A stretch of DNA of 64,000 bases from Eledone cirrhosa (taxonomy: Eukaryota). Below, piece by piece: positions 37,793-51,252 of this stretch (positions are counted from its first letter, which is position 1; each line of letters opens with the position of its first letter). A model generated the notes under the pieces. The model was not told the origin of the DNA and ran no database searches. It saw only the letters and a program-made list of their open reading frames with translations. The position numbers and the translations under genes are program-made. The DNA is taken from assembly GCA_964016885.1 (NCBI GenBank), contig OZ024740.1:75268001-75332000 (forward strand), read 5' to 3'.

Positions 37793-38640
37793 ATTTCTAC
37801 TTTGGCACAAGGCCGACAATTATCACAGTGCATTACTGGTACTTTATTTTATCGACCTCGTAAGGATGAAAGGCAAAGTGAACTTCGGTGGGATTTGAAC
37901 TCAGACCATAAAGGGCCGTAACAAAGCATGGCGTCCGACCCATACTGCCAATCCACCGCCCTTCGATATATAATAATTGTTTCTACTTTTGGCACAAGGC
38001 CAGCAATTACCCAGTGTATTACTGGTACTTTATTTTATCGATCCGTCAGGATTAAAGGCAAAGTTAACCTCGACGGGATTTGAACTCAGAATGGAAAGGG
38101 CTGTAACTCTATACGTCAAAGTATGACGTCCGACCCTCTACCAATACTGCCATAATGATTTTAAAATATACATCTTTAAGACAAACGTAGTTGATATAAT
38201 GGCATCTATCTATACGATTAATAATGATTATATGGAAGTTGGAAAGATGAACAGAAAAGGAACTTAAAACGCAATGACCCGTACAAACATCCCAAAGGGA
38301 TTACCCCCTCAATCTGAGGATTGTTCCAATCAAGCACCCAATAATAATCGTTTCTACTTTTTGCACAAGACCAACAATTTGAAGGGAACGGGAAAATTGA
38401 TTAAATCAACTCCAGTACATTACTGGTACTTTATTTTATCGACACCGTAAGAATGAAAGGCAAAGCTAACCTTGGCGGGATTTGAACTCAAAATGAAAGA
38501 GTCGGACTGAAATACAGCAAAACATTCTGTCCAGCACGTTTGTGCCACTACCTTCGCTTCTTGTTTCTACTTTAGGCACAATAATAATTTCTAGTTTCTA
38601 CTTTAGGCACAAGGCCAGCAATTACCAGTGCATTACTGGT
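37793..38640 (-). mobile_element. Cluster of Meta-like SINEs (37793-37960, 37975-38151, 38345-38540, partial 38562-38640)
   Basis: Repeated core. The first copy has TSD TCGATATATAATAATT at 37777-37792 and 37963-37978. Confidence 0.85.
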
Positions 38641-38902
38641 AATGAAATTATTTGTTACTATTAGTGTACAACTAACGTTATTATTATTTTATCATTTATA
38701 TATTTTCTTAACCTACTCTGCTGCGAATGAACTGCATGATTCCATTGCATGACTGAGCTCACTGAGCTTTGTATATGTGCAATGTTTGTATTGTGGCGAT
38801 TGTGTTCTGCACAAACTATATGTAGGGCATAACAATGCTAATTTTGCTTATTGTTTATATATGTAAATCGTTAAAATATGCACACACACACACACACACA
38901 CA

Positions 38903-38938
<36 letters not shown>

Positions 38939-39111
38939 GCACGTATGTTTTTTTCTCATTTTTTCCGTTCCTTCATCTTCTCACTCTTTATCTTTCTATT
39001 TTATCTTTTATTTCTAATTCTATCTTCCGATAAAGGACTAGAGTCGGAAACCCTTGTCCTGTTATTTCAAGCGTTAAAGGCATCGTTGACGTCCTTGCAT
39101 CGATATTAAAT

Positions 39112-39215
39112 CAAGACTAGTTCTACAACACCAAGACTAGTTCTACAACACCAAGACTAGTTCTACAACTCCAAGACTAGTTCTTCAACACCAAGACTAG
39201 TTCTTCAACACCAAG
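39112..39215. repeat. 20-bp tandem repeat CAAGACTAGTTCTACAACAC, ~5 copies
   Basis: Directly visible. Confidence 0.9.
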
Positions 39216-39239
39216 CCCAAAGGATGCGTTGTTAGAGCT

Positions 39240-40510
39240 AAGGCGTGTGCTCTGAGACGCGAATAAACGAAATTACTTAAATGCACTTTGCTCAGTTGTT
39301 CGGGACGAATAGCACGTGCGATCGCAGGATGAACTGCAGTGCCTACCTCGACGGTTAGCCCCGAATATTAGTAATAAATGTGGAAGGTTGTGGAAAGCTC
39401 ATCACTGTTGCTTGCTGAAATGTGGGAAGCGATGGTTGGTTGCACGAGAAGCAAATTTATTGGTCTGCCCAACGAGCTTTACGCTTATATTCCAGTGTTT
39501 TGGGGTGGACCTCTTGACGGATATTTACCGTAACAGGCAGTAGAACAGAAGAATTCCTAGTTCTTTGAGCCGGAGAGAGGTGGTGCTGCTAAGGAAAGAC
39601 CCGGAAAACAGGGACCATGTTGCAGATTTCAAGATTTTGGCCAATATGTTAGCAAAGACCTTGGCACTTTTTATCGATGTTCTGATAAGGCAGGCACAAA
39701 CATGTGCCATCTAGAACAAACCCATCCATAACGACCTCCAACTTATTCATCATAGAGAAAGTGGGTAAGGAACCTAGCACGAGTGGGACCCTGATCAACT
39801 TCAATCAGTCTAAAGCTTTCTATAGCATTGATCATCAGTGGCTGTCCTCAAGGCAACTGATTTCGGTCTTGTCTTCATGGGATGAACGCTTCAATGTACA
39901 ATGGCATTTTCTCTGTGTGCTCGGTACACAGAGCATCGGAACCCTTCAGTATCATGCATTCGGTCCGTCAAGGCTGTCTCTTCTCGTTTCTTCTGAATGT
40001 TCTGATTCTAGAGCAAATACTGCAGAACCTAGAATCGTTGAGGGACATGCTGCGTGAACCAGGATGCAGGAAATACGTATCGCCGTATGCGGACAACTTC
40101 ACCCGTATTACAGTCAAACACCAAGCACATTGATGTAATAGACATTGCGCTCAAGGAATACGAGGCGGTGACAGGAGCGAAAATAAACCGGGAAGAATCA
40201 GAGGGCCTACAGTTCGTCACCTGGAGAGGCAGATCTATGTCACCTAACAACATCAAAAGGCGCTGGGTAGGCGGACCAGTTAAATTGTTCGGAGTTTGGT
40301 TTGTTCCAGATTTGCAGAAAGACTAGAGCAAGGATGGTGTGATGAGCAGAGTAGCGAGTTTCAGTAGAGTCGGGAGAAAGCTAACCCAGAAAGGTTGTGT
40401 TTCGGTGGCTAATGACTATATTGCCTCCGTCATGTATTACCGCTTGACGGTCGGGCTTTGCCTCAATTCACGTTTAATCAAACTGGAACATCGGCTCTTT
40501 CGCGTTTTGT
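39240..40510 (+). mobile_element. Highly degenerate Tx1/L1-like LINE RT remnant
   Basis: Frame-broken motifs NQSKAFYSIDHQWL, SVRQGCLFSFLL, PYADN, GAKINREES and VKLFGVWF. Confidence 0.75.
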
Positions 40511-40918
40511 GACCCAAACATGTTAACCACTAAACCATTCACCTTCACTAAATAATAATTAAATATAGCCAAACAATCTAGCTATCGATTTTACACACGC
40601 AAACTCTTCCATACTTTCTTCTGCAGCACAGGTAGGTATGGAAGAATATCCGTATATCTATTAGAGCGGCTTGATAGGAATTTATTCAGTGTAGTCTGAC
40701 AAGTAGATGATGATTAATTAGAATTTAATGCAACTATTATTCCCCTTTTAATAGAACTATGTGTTTATAACGTGCAGATGTAGCCCTGTCTAGCCTGTAA
40801 CATAGCAACTAGCAGAATAATTGAAGGAAAATGTTCTCTGAAAATTCTATGCACTTAGTATTTTCATGATATTCAAAGTGAAAAGTACGCTTATAACTAA
40901 TTAGATTTAATGAAGAAG

Positions 40919-40982
<64 letters not shown>

Positions 40983-41229
40983 CAAAGAAAATGTGGTAAG
41001 AAACCAGGTGGACTATAGCGCACCAGAGTACTCGATACTTAGGGTAGTAGAGTGGGTAATTGGAAAAGAGTCAGGACCCTGATGGCTGAGCTCCGGCCGT
41101 TTCGACACCTAGAGCTATCGAAATGGGCTCAACTCAGCCGTCGGGGTCCTAACTCTTTTCCTATATATATATATATAATATTTATCTGCATATATATGTA
41201 CATGTGTGTTTGTGTGTCTGTGTGATACG

Positions 41230-41826
41230 AGCTGCCCTCACCCGCACCCCAGAAACCGACCATACCACAGCCCTGTCACCCCACACCCGCCTTACTTTCC
41301 TCTGATCTACCACCCCAACACCCTACATCCCCAGCGACACATCCTCATTTGCTTCCGCACCCTCTCCTCTGACACCGTCACTTCTCGCTTCTTTCCAAAC
41401 CCTCCCATCCACACCTTTAAGCGCGTCCGTAATCTCCGTGACCTGGTACGCAGTTCCTTCTCTTCCTCAACTAGGGCTCCACCCGGCTCTCGTCCCTGTT
41501 CTTGTTCCCACTATAACACCTGTCCCTTCATTTCTAACCTCAACACTTTCATAGGCACTAACAGTTCTATCCGTATCCGCTACTCCTTCACCTACACATT
41601 CACCCATGTAGTCTATGCCCTCAGCTCTTCCCTTTGCGGGTCCATATACATCGGTCAAACAGGCAGCCGCTTGGTGGACCGTTTTGTTGAACACTTGATG
41701 GACATAAGACTCGGCATGGATACCCCCGTCGTTCACTATTTCCGTTCACGAGGCCACTCCCTCTATATGTCTCAGTCCTTGGTATTCTTTTACATCACGG
41801 ATCCTACTGTACCATACGTAAAATAA
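41230..41826 (+). pseudogene. Degenerate PLE linker + GIY-YIG fragment (Neptune-like)
   Basis: PLIYHP..FKRVRNLRDLVRS..PCSCSHYNTCPFI..HVVYAL...CGSIYIGQTGSRLVDRFVEHLMDI..PVVHYF. Confidence 0.8.
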
Positions 41827-41857
41827 ATATATTTGTTATTTCTGTTTGCCTTTTGTG

Positions 41858-41893
<36 letters not shown>

Positions 41894-42424
41894 CGTGCGT
41901 ATTATATATATATATATATAAACTATAATAAAGTAAGGAGCGCGGGACTGCGTACGGTTTATAATTTTTTATCCCATTAGTAAAATAAGTTGGATTACTT
42001 TGAATAAATAATGAATGAATATTACATAATTTATCTATTAAATTTCGTGGCTGTTGATTAAATGTATTTTGTTTATTTAAAGATTCACTTCTTTAAAATT
42101 TCTGAAATGTCAACACTTCCGGTTGGCCATCGCTTAAATAAACACTAATTTTCTGTCACTAATTTTCTCCGAACGCAGTTTATATATAATATCGTCTTTT
42201 TTAATATCGTATTTTTTAATGTATCATGGATTACTTTACTGATTAAATAAGACAGTGTAACGCAGTCTTCGTTCAATTTCTATGTATTATATATTGTCAA
42301 TTACGATTTTATTTGATGTATCATATCTACATGTATATATACCTGCGTATAATATCAATATACACACTATACATGGTAGCAGAAAACCACCCGAAGGGGG
42401 GGGGGGGGTTCTGCTAGTATATAT

Positions 42425-42720
42425 AAAGTGAAATTAAAATAAAATAAAAATGGCGTAAACATTACAATACAATAGGAGGGAACATAATAATAGTAACACT
42501 GATGATGTTGCAGATGTGCAACGAAAGAACTTAGATAGACTATATATATATATTTATATCTGTATTTTTAACCTTTGGTCAATCAATGATAAACGTTGAT
42601 TGCTAAATAGATTAACTATGGAGATATAAAAGATACAGAAGCGAAAACCAACCAAACAGTGAGTGTGTTCTGATATTATTTCTGGCAATATTGTTACAAC
42701 AATATGACCTTCCCCAAGTA
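42425..42720 (+). mobile_element. Solo pLTR fragment of the same PLE group
   Basis: AAAATGGCGTA..CTGATGATGTTGCAGATGTGCAACGAAAG..CCAACCAAACAGTGAGTGTGTTCTG..ATGACCTTCCCCAAGTA, flanked by TA repeats. Confidence 0.85.
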
Positions 42721-43022
42721 TATATATATATATAAAAACTACCTCAATTTGGAAATAATGTTTTGTTAATCATTTAAATATACACTCCACCTGTAACCAG
42801 TATCCATAATGAAAGCAAATTTATTTATTGATATAGCAGGTCTATAAACTAAATATATGGAAAAGTGCACAGCATTGTTAATGCGATGGATTAGAAATAA
42901 ACAGCTTTTTCTTTAGTTAAGCGAGAGATAACTTTACAATGTATAATTTATACAAACATTCCATTCCGTTGTTGAGATTTAAGTTACACACACACACGCG
43001 CACACACACACTCACACACACA

Positions 43023-43066
<44 letters not shown>

Positions 43067-43241
43067 ACACTACACTATCTGCGAATGTCACAAATTAAAT
43101 GAGATTCGCGTCTTTTTTTATGCAGGTTGAGTGACTATGTAGGTAGTTCTTGGCTGGCTGGTAATGTCTGAGGATTTGTTTTCACCTAACATCCACGCGG
43201 ATGGACGCACACACAGACACACTTGCACACACACAACACAC

Positions 43242-43302
<61 letters not shown>

Positions 43303-43880
43303 CCATATATATATACATTTATATTACGTTTTAATCATTTTCTAACCCAGAAAAACGAGAGAAATAAATAAATGGGTAAAAAAATTTGATTTATTAGGTT
43401 CACGCTCTTGAGAGTGGGGCGGGCGTGTATATATATATATATATATATATTAGGATTGGTGCTCTGAAATAGCGATGTATACATGAATGTATGCATAGTA
43501 TATTTGGCAATATACGGTATGTTTAATTAAAAACATTTTGAAGACCTTACGCTATCATTTTTAAAGTAGTGACTATGTCACTTACTTCTTGTCGGCGAAA
43601 GAAGGGAGAGAAGCTAACAGTCTGTTAGCTTGTATATATATATATACAATATAAAGAAATACACAGATACATGCGAATACATACACATGCATGCATATAC
43701 GCACATATATCCCTGAATTTGTGTGGTGCCAACCTTAACCGTTGTTGCTCTTTGATTATTAATAGGGACAAAATAATCTGAATGAATTAGATTGACTCTA
43801 TATCAGAGCTATATAATACATTATAAAGAAAGAAGAAACATTAGACATAAATAAAACATAAATACCCAATATTCCTCTTC

Positions 43881-43974
43881 ATTCTCGACTGCGCAGTTTC
43901 GTGGCTACTTTGCAAAAACATTACATCATAGAGATGCAGTATTTCTGTGAGGTTTGCCAACTTATCAAGAGAAT
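43881..43974 (-). ncRNA. Type I hammerhead, U3-A8 core variant
   Basis: AUUCUC UUGAUAA GU(U)GGC..GCCAC GAAAC UGCGCA GUC^ GAGAAU. Confidence 0.8.
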
Positions 43975-44447
43975 ACCTCATTTAGAGTTTCAAAATACGT
44001 CTGCAAGGCGCGAGAGTGAACCCGGAAAGGCGGAGGGGAACTTATCACGTGATACAGCGGTCAAGAAACAGAGTTAAGCTTCTTACAACCAAGAGAAAAA
44101 TACCACAATGGCGGGGGGGGGGGGGTATTAATATCTAGGCTAGAGACGAGGTGGCTAAAGAGGGCTAGGAGTGTAAATAGTGTCACTATACTTCTGTGGT
44201 TACTCTACCGTAGGGAGTTATAGACAATATAAAGAAATACACAGATACATGCGAATACATACATATACATGCATATATGAACATATATCCCTGAATTTGT
44301 GTGGTGCCAACCTTAACCGTTGCTGCTCTTTGGTTGTAAGAGGCTTAACTCTGTTTCTTGACCGCTGTATCACGTGATAAGTTCCCCTCTGCCTTTCGGG
44401 GTTCTCTCTCGCGTCTTGCAGGCGTATTTTGAAACTTTAAATGAGGT

Positions 44448-44541
44448 ATTCTCTTGATAAGTTGGCAAACCTCACAGAAATACTGCATCTCTATGATGTA
44501 ATGTTTTTGCAAAGTAGCCACGAAACTGCGCAGTCGTGAAT
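44448..44541 (+). ncRNA. Inverted copy of the U3-A8 hammerhead
   Basis: As 43881-43974, with one stem I mismatch (GUGAAU). Confidence 0.7.
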
Positions 44542-44624
44542 GTAGAGGAATATTGGGTATTTATAATGGACTGAAATAGCCGTCGAAACGGCTTGAGCAC
44601 TGCCGTTGGGGTCCTGAACATTTT

Positions 44625-44677
<53 letters not shown>

Positions 44678-44787
44678 GTAATAAAATGAAAACGAAATTT
44701 CATTTCTCACTCTTAGTACGGCACTTACTTAAATGTAAGTATGTATGTATACGTACATACATATATGTATACAGACGTACAGTAGCA

Positions 44788-44824
<37 letters not shown>

Positions 44825-44906
44825 GTTATTCCGGGTTGAATCGGAGGTAACCACAGTAAGTAAGGTACTCAATACATAGCAGAGTATAATAGTTTTAATA
44901 TAGATG

Positions 44907-44957
44907 AGATTCTACAGGACTAGAACTGTTTCATTCATTAGAAATCATCAGGAATCT
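44907..44957 (-). ncRNA. Type I hammerhead ribozyme (inverted arm)
   Basis: Reverse complement of 45643-45693. Confidence 0.82.
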
Positions 44958-45642
44958 GGGTATCAAAAAATAAATATGGTATTTATAGGTCTCTACAAGT
45001 GGTAGGAGAGGGTGGGGAGTGGGATGGGTGCAGGTCATTGGTTGATAGAGAAGGGAATTCATTAAAGGCTAATTCTACATAGCTATAGTTAATTTATATT
45101 TATTTATGTTTTTAGAGTAACAAAGGCAGACAGAAATCTATAAACAAGTTCCGGATGGCATACCATTCCTTGTCAATAAGTTTCTCTTAAGCTAGCAGAT
45201 GTCTATAAAATCAGTGGGGGGTCATTCATGCTCGATAGAATTAAAGAAAAGGGAGATTCTTTAAAAGCTAAAGTCATTAAGTTCTGCTAAGTGACAAAGG
45301 TCTAGGGAATTCTGCAGAATTAATGACTTTAGCTTTTAAAGAATCTCCCTTTTCTTTAATTCTATCGAGCATGAATGACCCCCCACTGATTTTATAGACA
45401 TCTGCTAGCTTAAGAGAAACTTATTGACAAGGAATGGTATGCCATCCGGAACTTGTTTATAGATTTCTGTCTGCCTTTGTTACTCTAAAAACATAAATAA
45501 ATATAAATTAACTATAGCTATGTAGAATTAGCCTTTAATGAATTCCCTTCTCTATCAACCAATGACCTGCACCCATCCCACTCCCCACCCTCTCCTACCA
45601 CTTGTAGAGACCTATAAATACCATATTTATTTTTTGATACCC

Positions 45643-45693
45643 AGATTCCTGATGATTTCTAATGAATGAAACAGTTCTAGTCCTGTAGAATCT
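45643..45693 (+). ncRNA. Type I hammerhead ribozyme
   Basis: AGAUUC CUGAUGA U UUC UAAU GAA U GAAACAG UUCUAGUC CUGUA^ GAAUCU: 6-bp stem I and 4-bp stem III. Confidence 0.82.
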
Positions 45694-45705
45694 CATCTAT
45701 ATTAA

Positions 45706-45752
<47 letters not shown>

Positions 45753-45903
45753 CAGGTACACATACATATATGTACGCATCAGTTTAGCGGACGCTTATTA
45801 TAGCGCCCGCTTTGTTCGTTTGTAAACAAACTGAACAGCCTGAATTTATGCCGCACGGTGTTAAGGCAACCACGTCACCTTTTTGTTCAACACTGACACA
45901 GGA

Positions 45904-45946
45904 ACGATGTACTAGTTTCAAGCTTGTTAGCTATCATCAGCACCGT
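45904..45946 (-). ncRNA. Type I minimal hammerhead ribozyme (same family as 3721)
   Basis: ACGGUG CUGAUGA U AGCU AACA AGCU U GAAA CUAG UA^ CAUCGU. Differences fall at N7, loop 2 and an A-U to G-U pair. Confidence 0.85.
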
Positions 45947-46213
45947 ATACCCATCTGCCAGATAGTTGAACGTTCGAAAGTATATACTTTCCTTATGAAA
46001 ATTAACGGCTGAGCCTAATTTGCATATCGAGTGAGTTAAATGCATGCTACTGTACGTCTGTATACATATATGTATGTACGTATACATACATACTTACATT
46101 TAAGTAAGTGCCGTACTAAGAGTGAGAAATGAAATTTCGTTTTCATTTTATTACAACTCGTCGTTTTCGGTGCGCCTGACCGATTTAACTCACTCGATAT
46201 GCAAATTAGGCTG

Positions 46214-46320
<107 letters not shown>

Positions 46321-46588
46321 AGATGGTAGCTAAGATGCTTCCATAGGCGGTATGCCGGTTGAGCACTCTATGCTCTCACAGAGCAGAGTATGTTAGGATA
46401 GAAAACGAAAAATCAGTGATGCATCTGAACTCAATTTATTGTGTGTTACAATTGTTTCGCCGGCGGACAGCTCGAGACGCGATCATTGTATGGATCTGTC
46501 TGATTCTGGACCCGCAGGTTCGACGGTGAAACAATTGTAACACACAATAAATTGAGTTCAGATGCATCACTGATTTTTCGTTTTCTAT

Positions 46589-46648
<60 letters not shown>

Positions 46649-46821
46649 CATATATATACGTATATAATAAATAAGAGAGACAGTTTTATTCGTACACCTT
46701 CATAATATTATGTAGTTTGTTATACGTATTTCGAAGATGAGGAAGACAAACCGTCAGTGCTTCACGTCTGTTTAAGAAAAAAGTCGGCAGATTTTGATCA
46801 ACCAACTTGCTTCAACTGAAA

Positions 46822-46861
<40 letters not shown>

Positions 46862-47029
46862 GAAGAAAACGGTTTGATCGAACCTATAATTGATGTCTGA
46901 TAGTATACAGTTATATAACTTCTATAGATGAGTCAATATGTCAGTATGATCAACCCTCCGAAACGATCGTAAAACAATGATATGAATAGATAAAATAACC
47001 TTGTTATTGTTTTCATTGCTAAATTAATA

Positions 47030-47099
<70 letters not shown>

Positions 47100-47126
47100 T
47101 ATTAATTTACCAATGAAAACAATAAC

Positions 47127-47169
<43 letters not shown>

Positions 47170-47203
47170 CATACACCATACACACACACATATATATATA
47201 TAC

Positions 47204-47302
<99 letters not shown>

Positions 47303-47977
47303 GATAGATAGGTATACACACATGCACACACCCACTTGTAGAATACCTGGCGGTGCCCAGCTATAGCCCCAAATTCTACCTATTGAAGGCATAATCTATT
47401 TAGGGTTACTCGTGAAAATAAATCTTTCTTGTAAGAAATGAAATGGTTTTATGCTACATATACAACACACGAGTGCTTCACTCATTGTGCAACAGATACA
47501 CGTCCATTACGAATAACATAGTCATGTAAGTGTCATATAACTAATTCATGAACATTTAACCATGACCACTGGATTAAGTCAAAGCGGAATATTTATTTAT
47601 AATGATATATTCTTGTAATTCTTTAATTCCTAAAATAGCTTTAAGCCCGCCAGGCTACACATGTTTTAACAGACATTGCAAACAAAACTGCTTATGTACA
47701 CATTAATATGCAGAGGTATAGTTTGATGCATTGAACCGCCTTGTTAAACCACAAATAAATTTGCAAACCTTCACGTACCTACCTACTATACATACATGCA
47801 TACATACAAACATACATACATTAAATACATGCATACATGCATACATGCATACATACATACATGTACACATGTATACATACATGCACACATGTATACATAC
47901 ATGCATACATGGATGCATACATAAGTATTTACCTAGTTGATGTTAGCTCAATGAGTCTTGTTTCTATGTCAGAAACC

Positions 47978-48027
<50 letters not shown>

Positions 48028-48128
48028 TGGTGAAAATCTAATCAATAACAAAACCAGAAGAATACACACACACACACACACAAACACACAGACACACACA
48101 CACAAACATATATATATACACACACATA

Positions 48129-48248
<120 letters not shown>

Positions 48249-48911
48249 TGTGTCTGTGTGTGCGTGTGTGTATATAAAAACAAATAGTAGAAAGGAAAAA
48301 GATTTTTTAAGTAGAAAATGCTGAAGAGATTTATTTCAGTGTAATATCAAAATATCTATTTATTTACAAAGAGGATATTTCCGCATTTAATAATGGTACC
48401 GGTTTCAGCATTATATGCATTGTCAACTGCTACTTCTGTTAGCCAACTAACAGAGAAAGAAGGACAAACATGGACAGTGATACGAACTCTCCCCTTTTAT
48501 TATTGATCTCTGACTCTCTGGTATATCATCTTTGAAAAAGTGCAAAAACTTGTTTTAACTGGTACAGCACACATTTTGGGAAGAGCATTATCACTGTGAG
48601 AATGATAAACATCTATGTAATGTTTTTAAACTTAACTTTATTTCATTATATTCTATTATTATGTAAGTTGTAAATAATAGAGCACTCTTATATGATTGAT
48701 AATTATCATTCTGTTGTAAATATAATTCTAAACATGTAAACATGTATAAAGCAAATGATATACTTGTAACTGTGCATGTGCATGACGTGAATAATCTGGT
48801 GTGTTTATTTTGTGACATATCAATGTATGCTTAGGTGTCGTGAAGGCACTGGACTGAAACAGAACTGAAGGAAGAGGAAAACACAAACAATAATAATATA
48901 ATATGAATTAA

Positions 48912-49062
48912 AATGGTTGGATAATATCAATGAGCTCGGCTGGTCTCGCCTGGGAATCCAGTCAGATCAACTGGAGACGGTTGCTTCTGACAGAAGCCTC
49001 TGGAGGAGTACTTGAGGACTCTGCCCCACGAAATTCCCAAGAAGAAGAAGAAGAAGAAGAAG
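48912..49062 (+). mobile_element. Short 3' end of the same RTE-like family
   Basis: Similar to 37460-37630 (GAGCTCGGCTGGTCT..GTTGCTTCTGACAG..GAAGAAGAA). Confidence 0.7.
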
Positions 49063-49309
49063 GGAATATCCCATTAGAGAGCTTTCCCGATTACGGCTTG
49101 CTCGCTTCAAACGCTTCAGATTTTACTAATTTCTGTACCAATTCAGTACTAAAAACATGCATGAAGTATTATCCTGACGTGTGGTCTTCAGGATGCCCAT
49201 ACAATTCACACACACACACATATACATACATACATACATACATACATGCATACATACATACATACATACATACATACATACATACATACATACATACATA
49301 CATACATAC

Positions 49310-51086
49310 ATGGTGGCTGCCAACTCGTTTTCGAGTACAGCCACTACTTTACATCCATGTAGGAGAACCCCTACCGATGCGCTGAACGAGTGTGACTTTT
49401 TAGTCCAGCCAGCGACTTGAAAACTCTGGTACAAACACTACACTTGTGACAATTATTGACACATAGTGCTGAGCCTATGGTACCATGTGACGACAAGTGC
49501 AGAGAGATCTCCAGATATAAAGCAATGCCTGTGTTGTGAAGCTTTTATAGTGAGCAAAGGCACTGCACAAAGCCAGTCCCACTCTCTTAACCAAGATGAT
49601 ATTTACCAAAAAGAAAAACAAGTCAACATCATTGGATACCATCAGGGTTGCAGGTGTTATATCAGAGTTTTCCTTCTCCTAGAATTCTGCCTTGACAAAG
49701 GCTAAGGGGTCATACATACATACATACATACATGGTGGCTGCCAACTCGTTTTCGAGTACGGCCACTACTTTACATCCATGTAGGATAACCCCTACCGAA
49801 GCGCTGAACGAGTGTGACTTTTTAGTCCAGCCAGCGACTTGAAACCTCTGGTACAAACACTACACCTGTGACAATTATTGACACATAGTGCTAGGCCCAT
49901 GGTAGGACAATTATTGACACATAGTGCTGGGCCCATGTGAGGACAAGTGCAGAGAGATCTCCAGATATAAAGCAATGCCTGTGCCGTGAAGCTTTTATAG
50001 TGAGCAAAGGCACTGCACAAAGCCAGTCCCACTCTCTTAACCAAGATGCTATTTACCAAAAAGAAGAACAAGTCAACATCATTGGATACCATCAGGGTTG
50101 CAGGTGTTATATCAGAGTTTTCCTTCTCCTAGAATTCTGCCTTGACTAAGGCTAAAGGGGTCATCTCTCCCGGTGATTTGGATGGCCATTGACTCTTAAG
50201 AGCTCCTTTGCCCTTTGACAGGTTTTGTTATACATACATACATACATACATACATACATACATACATACATGATGGCTGCCCCCTCGTTATCGAGTATGG
50301 CCATTGCACGATATACCACTATTAATAATTATTAATTAATTCTATCGTGCCGGTGGATTGGCAGCATCGGCAGAGGGCCGGATGCCATGCTTTGACGCAT
50401 AGAGTTACGACCCTTGCCATTCTGAGTTCAAATACCGCCGATGCAAACTTTGCCCTTCATCCCTACGGGGTCGATAAAATAAAGCACCAGTAATATACTG
50501 GGCAATTGTGGCCCTGTGCCAAAAGTAGAAACAATTAATTAATTCTATCGTGCAATGCCTGTGCGTGAAGATATTTTTAAAGTGAGGAAAGACTGTGCAC
50601 TGAGCCAATCCCACTCTCTGAGCGACAGTAGCTATAACCCGAAAAGAAGAAAAGATCAACATCATCGGTAACTACTGAGCCGCAGGTTTTATATCGGAGT
50701 TATCCCAGTTTCCTGAGTTGCCTTCTCCTAGAAGAATGCCCTGAGAAAGGCTAGGGGTCCTTCACTCCCAGTGGTTTAACCGCGTGATCGGGTGTCCAGC
50801 CCGACTATTTCTATGTCCCTGTGCATATACATACACATGCACCCATGTATATACACACATACATATACATACATATGCTCATGTGTATATACATATTTAC
50901 ACACTTTTGGATGGCCGTTGACCCTTATGAGTTCTTCCGCCCTTTGTCAGGTTTTGTTTTTTGTCCTGCCGGGTGTCCAAAATCACCCTCCTCACCAAGT
51001 AAACTTGGTGGGGTTGCCGGTTTAGTCACCGACGACCCGACCATGCGACAAGGTTGTACTGGGTTACATGTTACCAGTAGCACTCA
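49310..51086 (-). mobile_element. Tandem non-coding RTE-5'UTR-like elements with (TATG)n tails
   Basis: Units at 49310-49710 and 49733-50228, plus a diverged unit 50271-51086 split by a SINE. The minus strand has CTAGGAGAAGGAAAACTCTGA, which resembles RTE leaders. Confidence 0.55.
50351..50533 (+). mobile_element. Meta-like SINE with 20-bp TSD
   Basis: TSD ATTAATTAATTCTATCGTGC at 50331-50350 and 50534-50553. Confidence 0.88.
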
Positions 51087-51252
51087 ATATACATACATAT
51101 ATACATGCATACAGGAAGGTGGCCGGTCAAAAAAATATACTCGAAATTAAGAGAAAGAGGTAACATACATATATATATAAATATGAAGTATTTCCGCATA
51201 AAGGGAGAGTGCTTTATGTATATTACAGAGCTATTTGATTATGTGATAAACG

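Larger units (their letters stand above)
43646..44563. mobile_element. Head-to-head HHR module related to 34337-35081 (period 578)
   Basis: 43646 recurs at 44224; 44328-44563 is the reverse complement of ~43858-44094. Confidence 0.8.
44822..45710. mobile_element. ~400-bp inverted pLTR-like pair with HHRs
   Basis: 44890-45288 vs 45314-45710 are near-perfect reverse complements; a short relative lies at 59853-59983. Confidence 0.8.

Noticed and set aside
39022-39062. Hammerhead at CCGATAAAGGACTAGAGTCGGAAACCCTTGTC
   Set aside because: It resembles a decayed HHR but has several core mismatches and no stem I, so it is not called as a feature.
46715-46765. Possible minus-strand hammerhead (CUGACGG..GAAAUACGUA)
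   Set aside because: Core mismatch and no stem II pairing.
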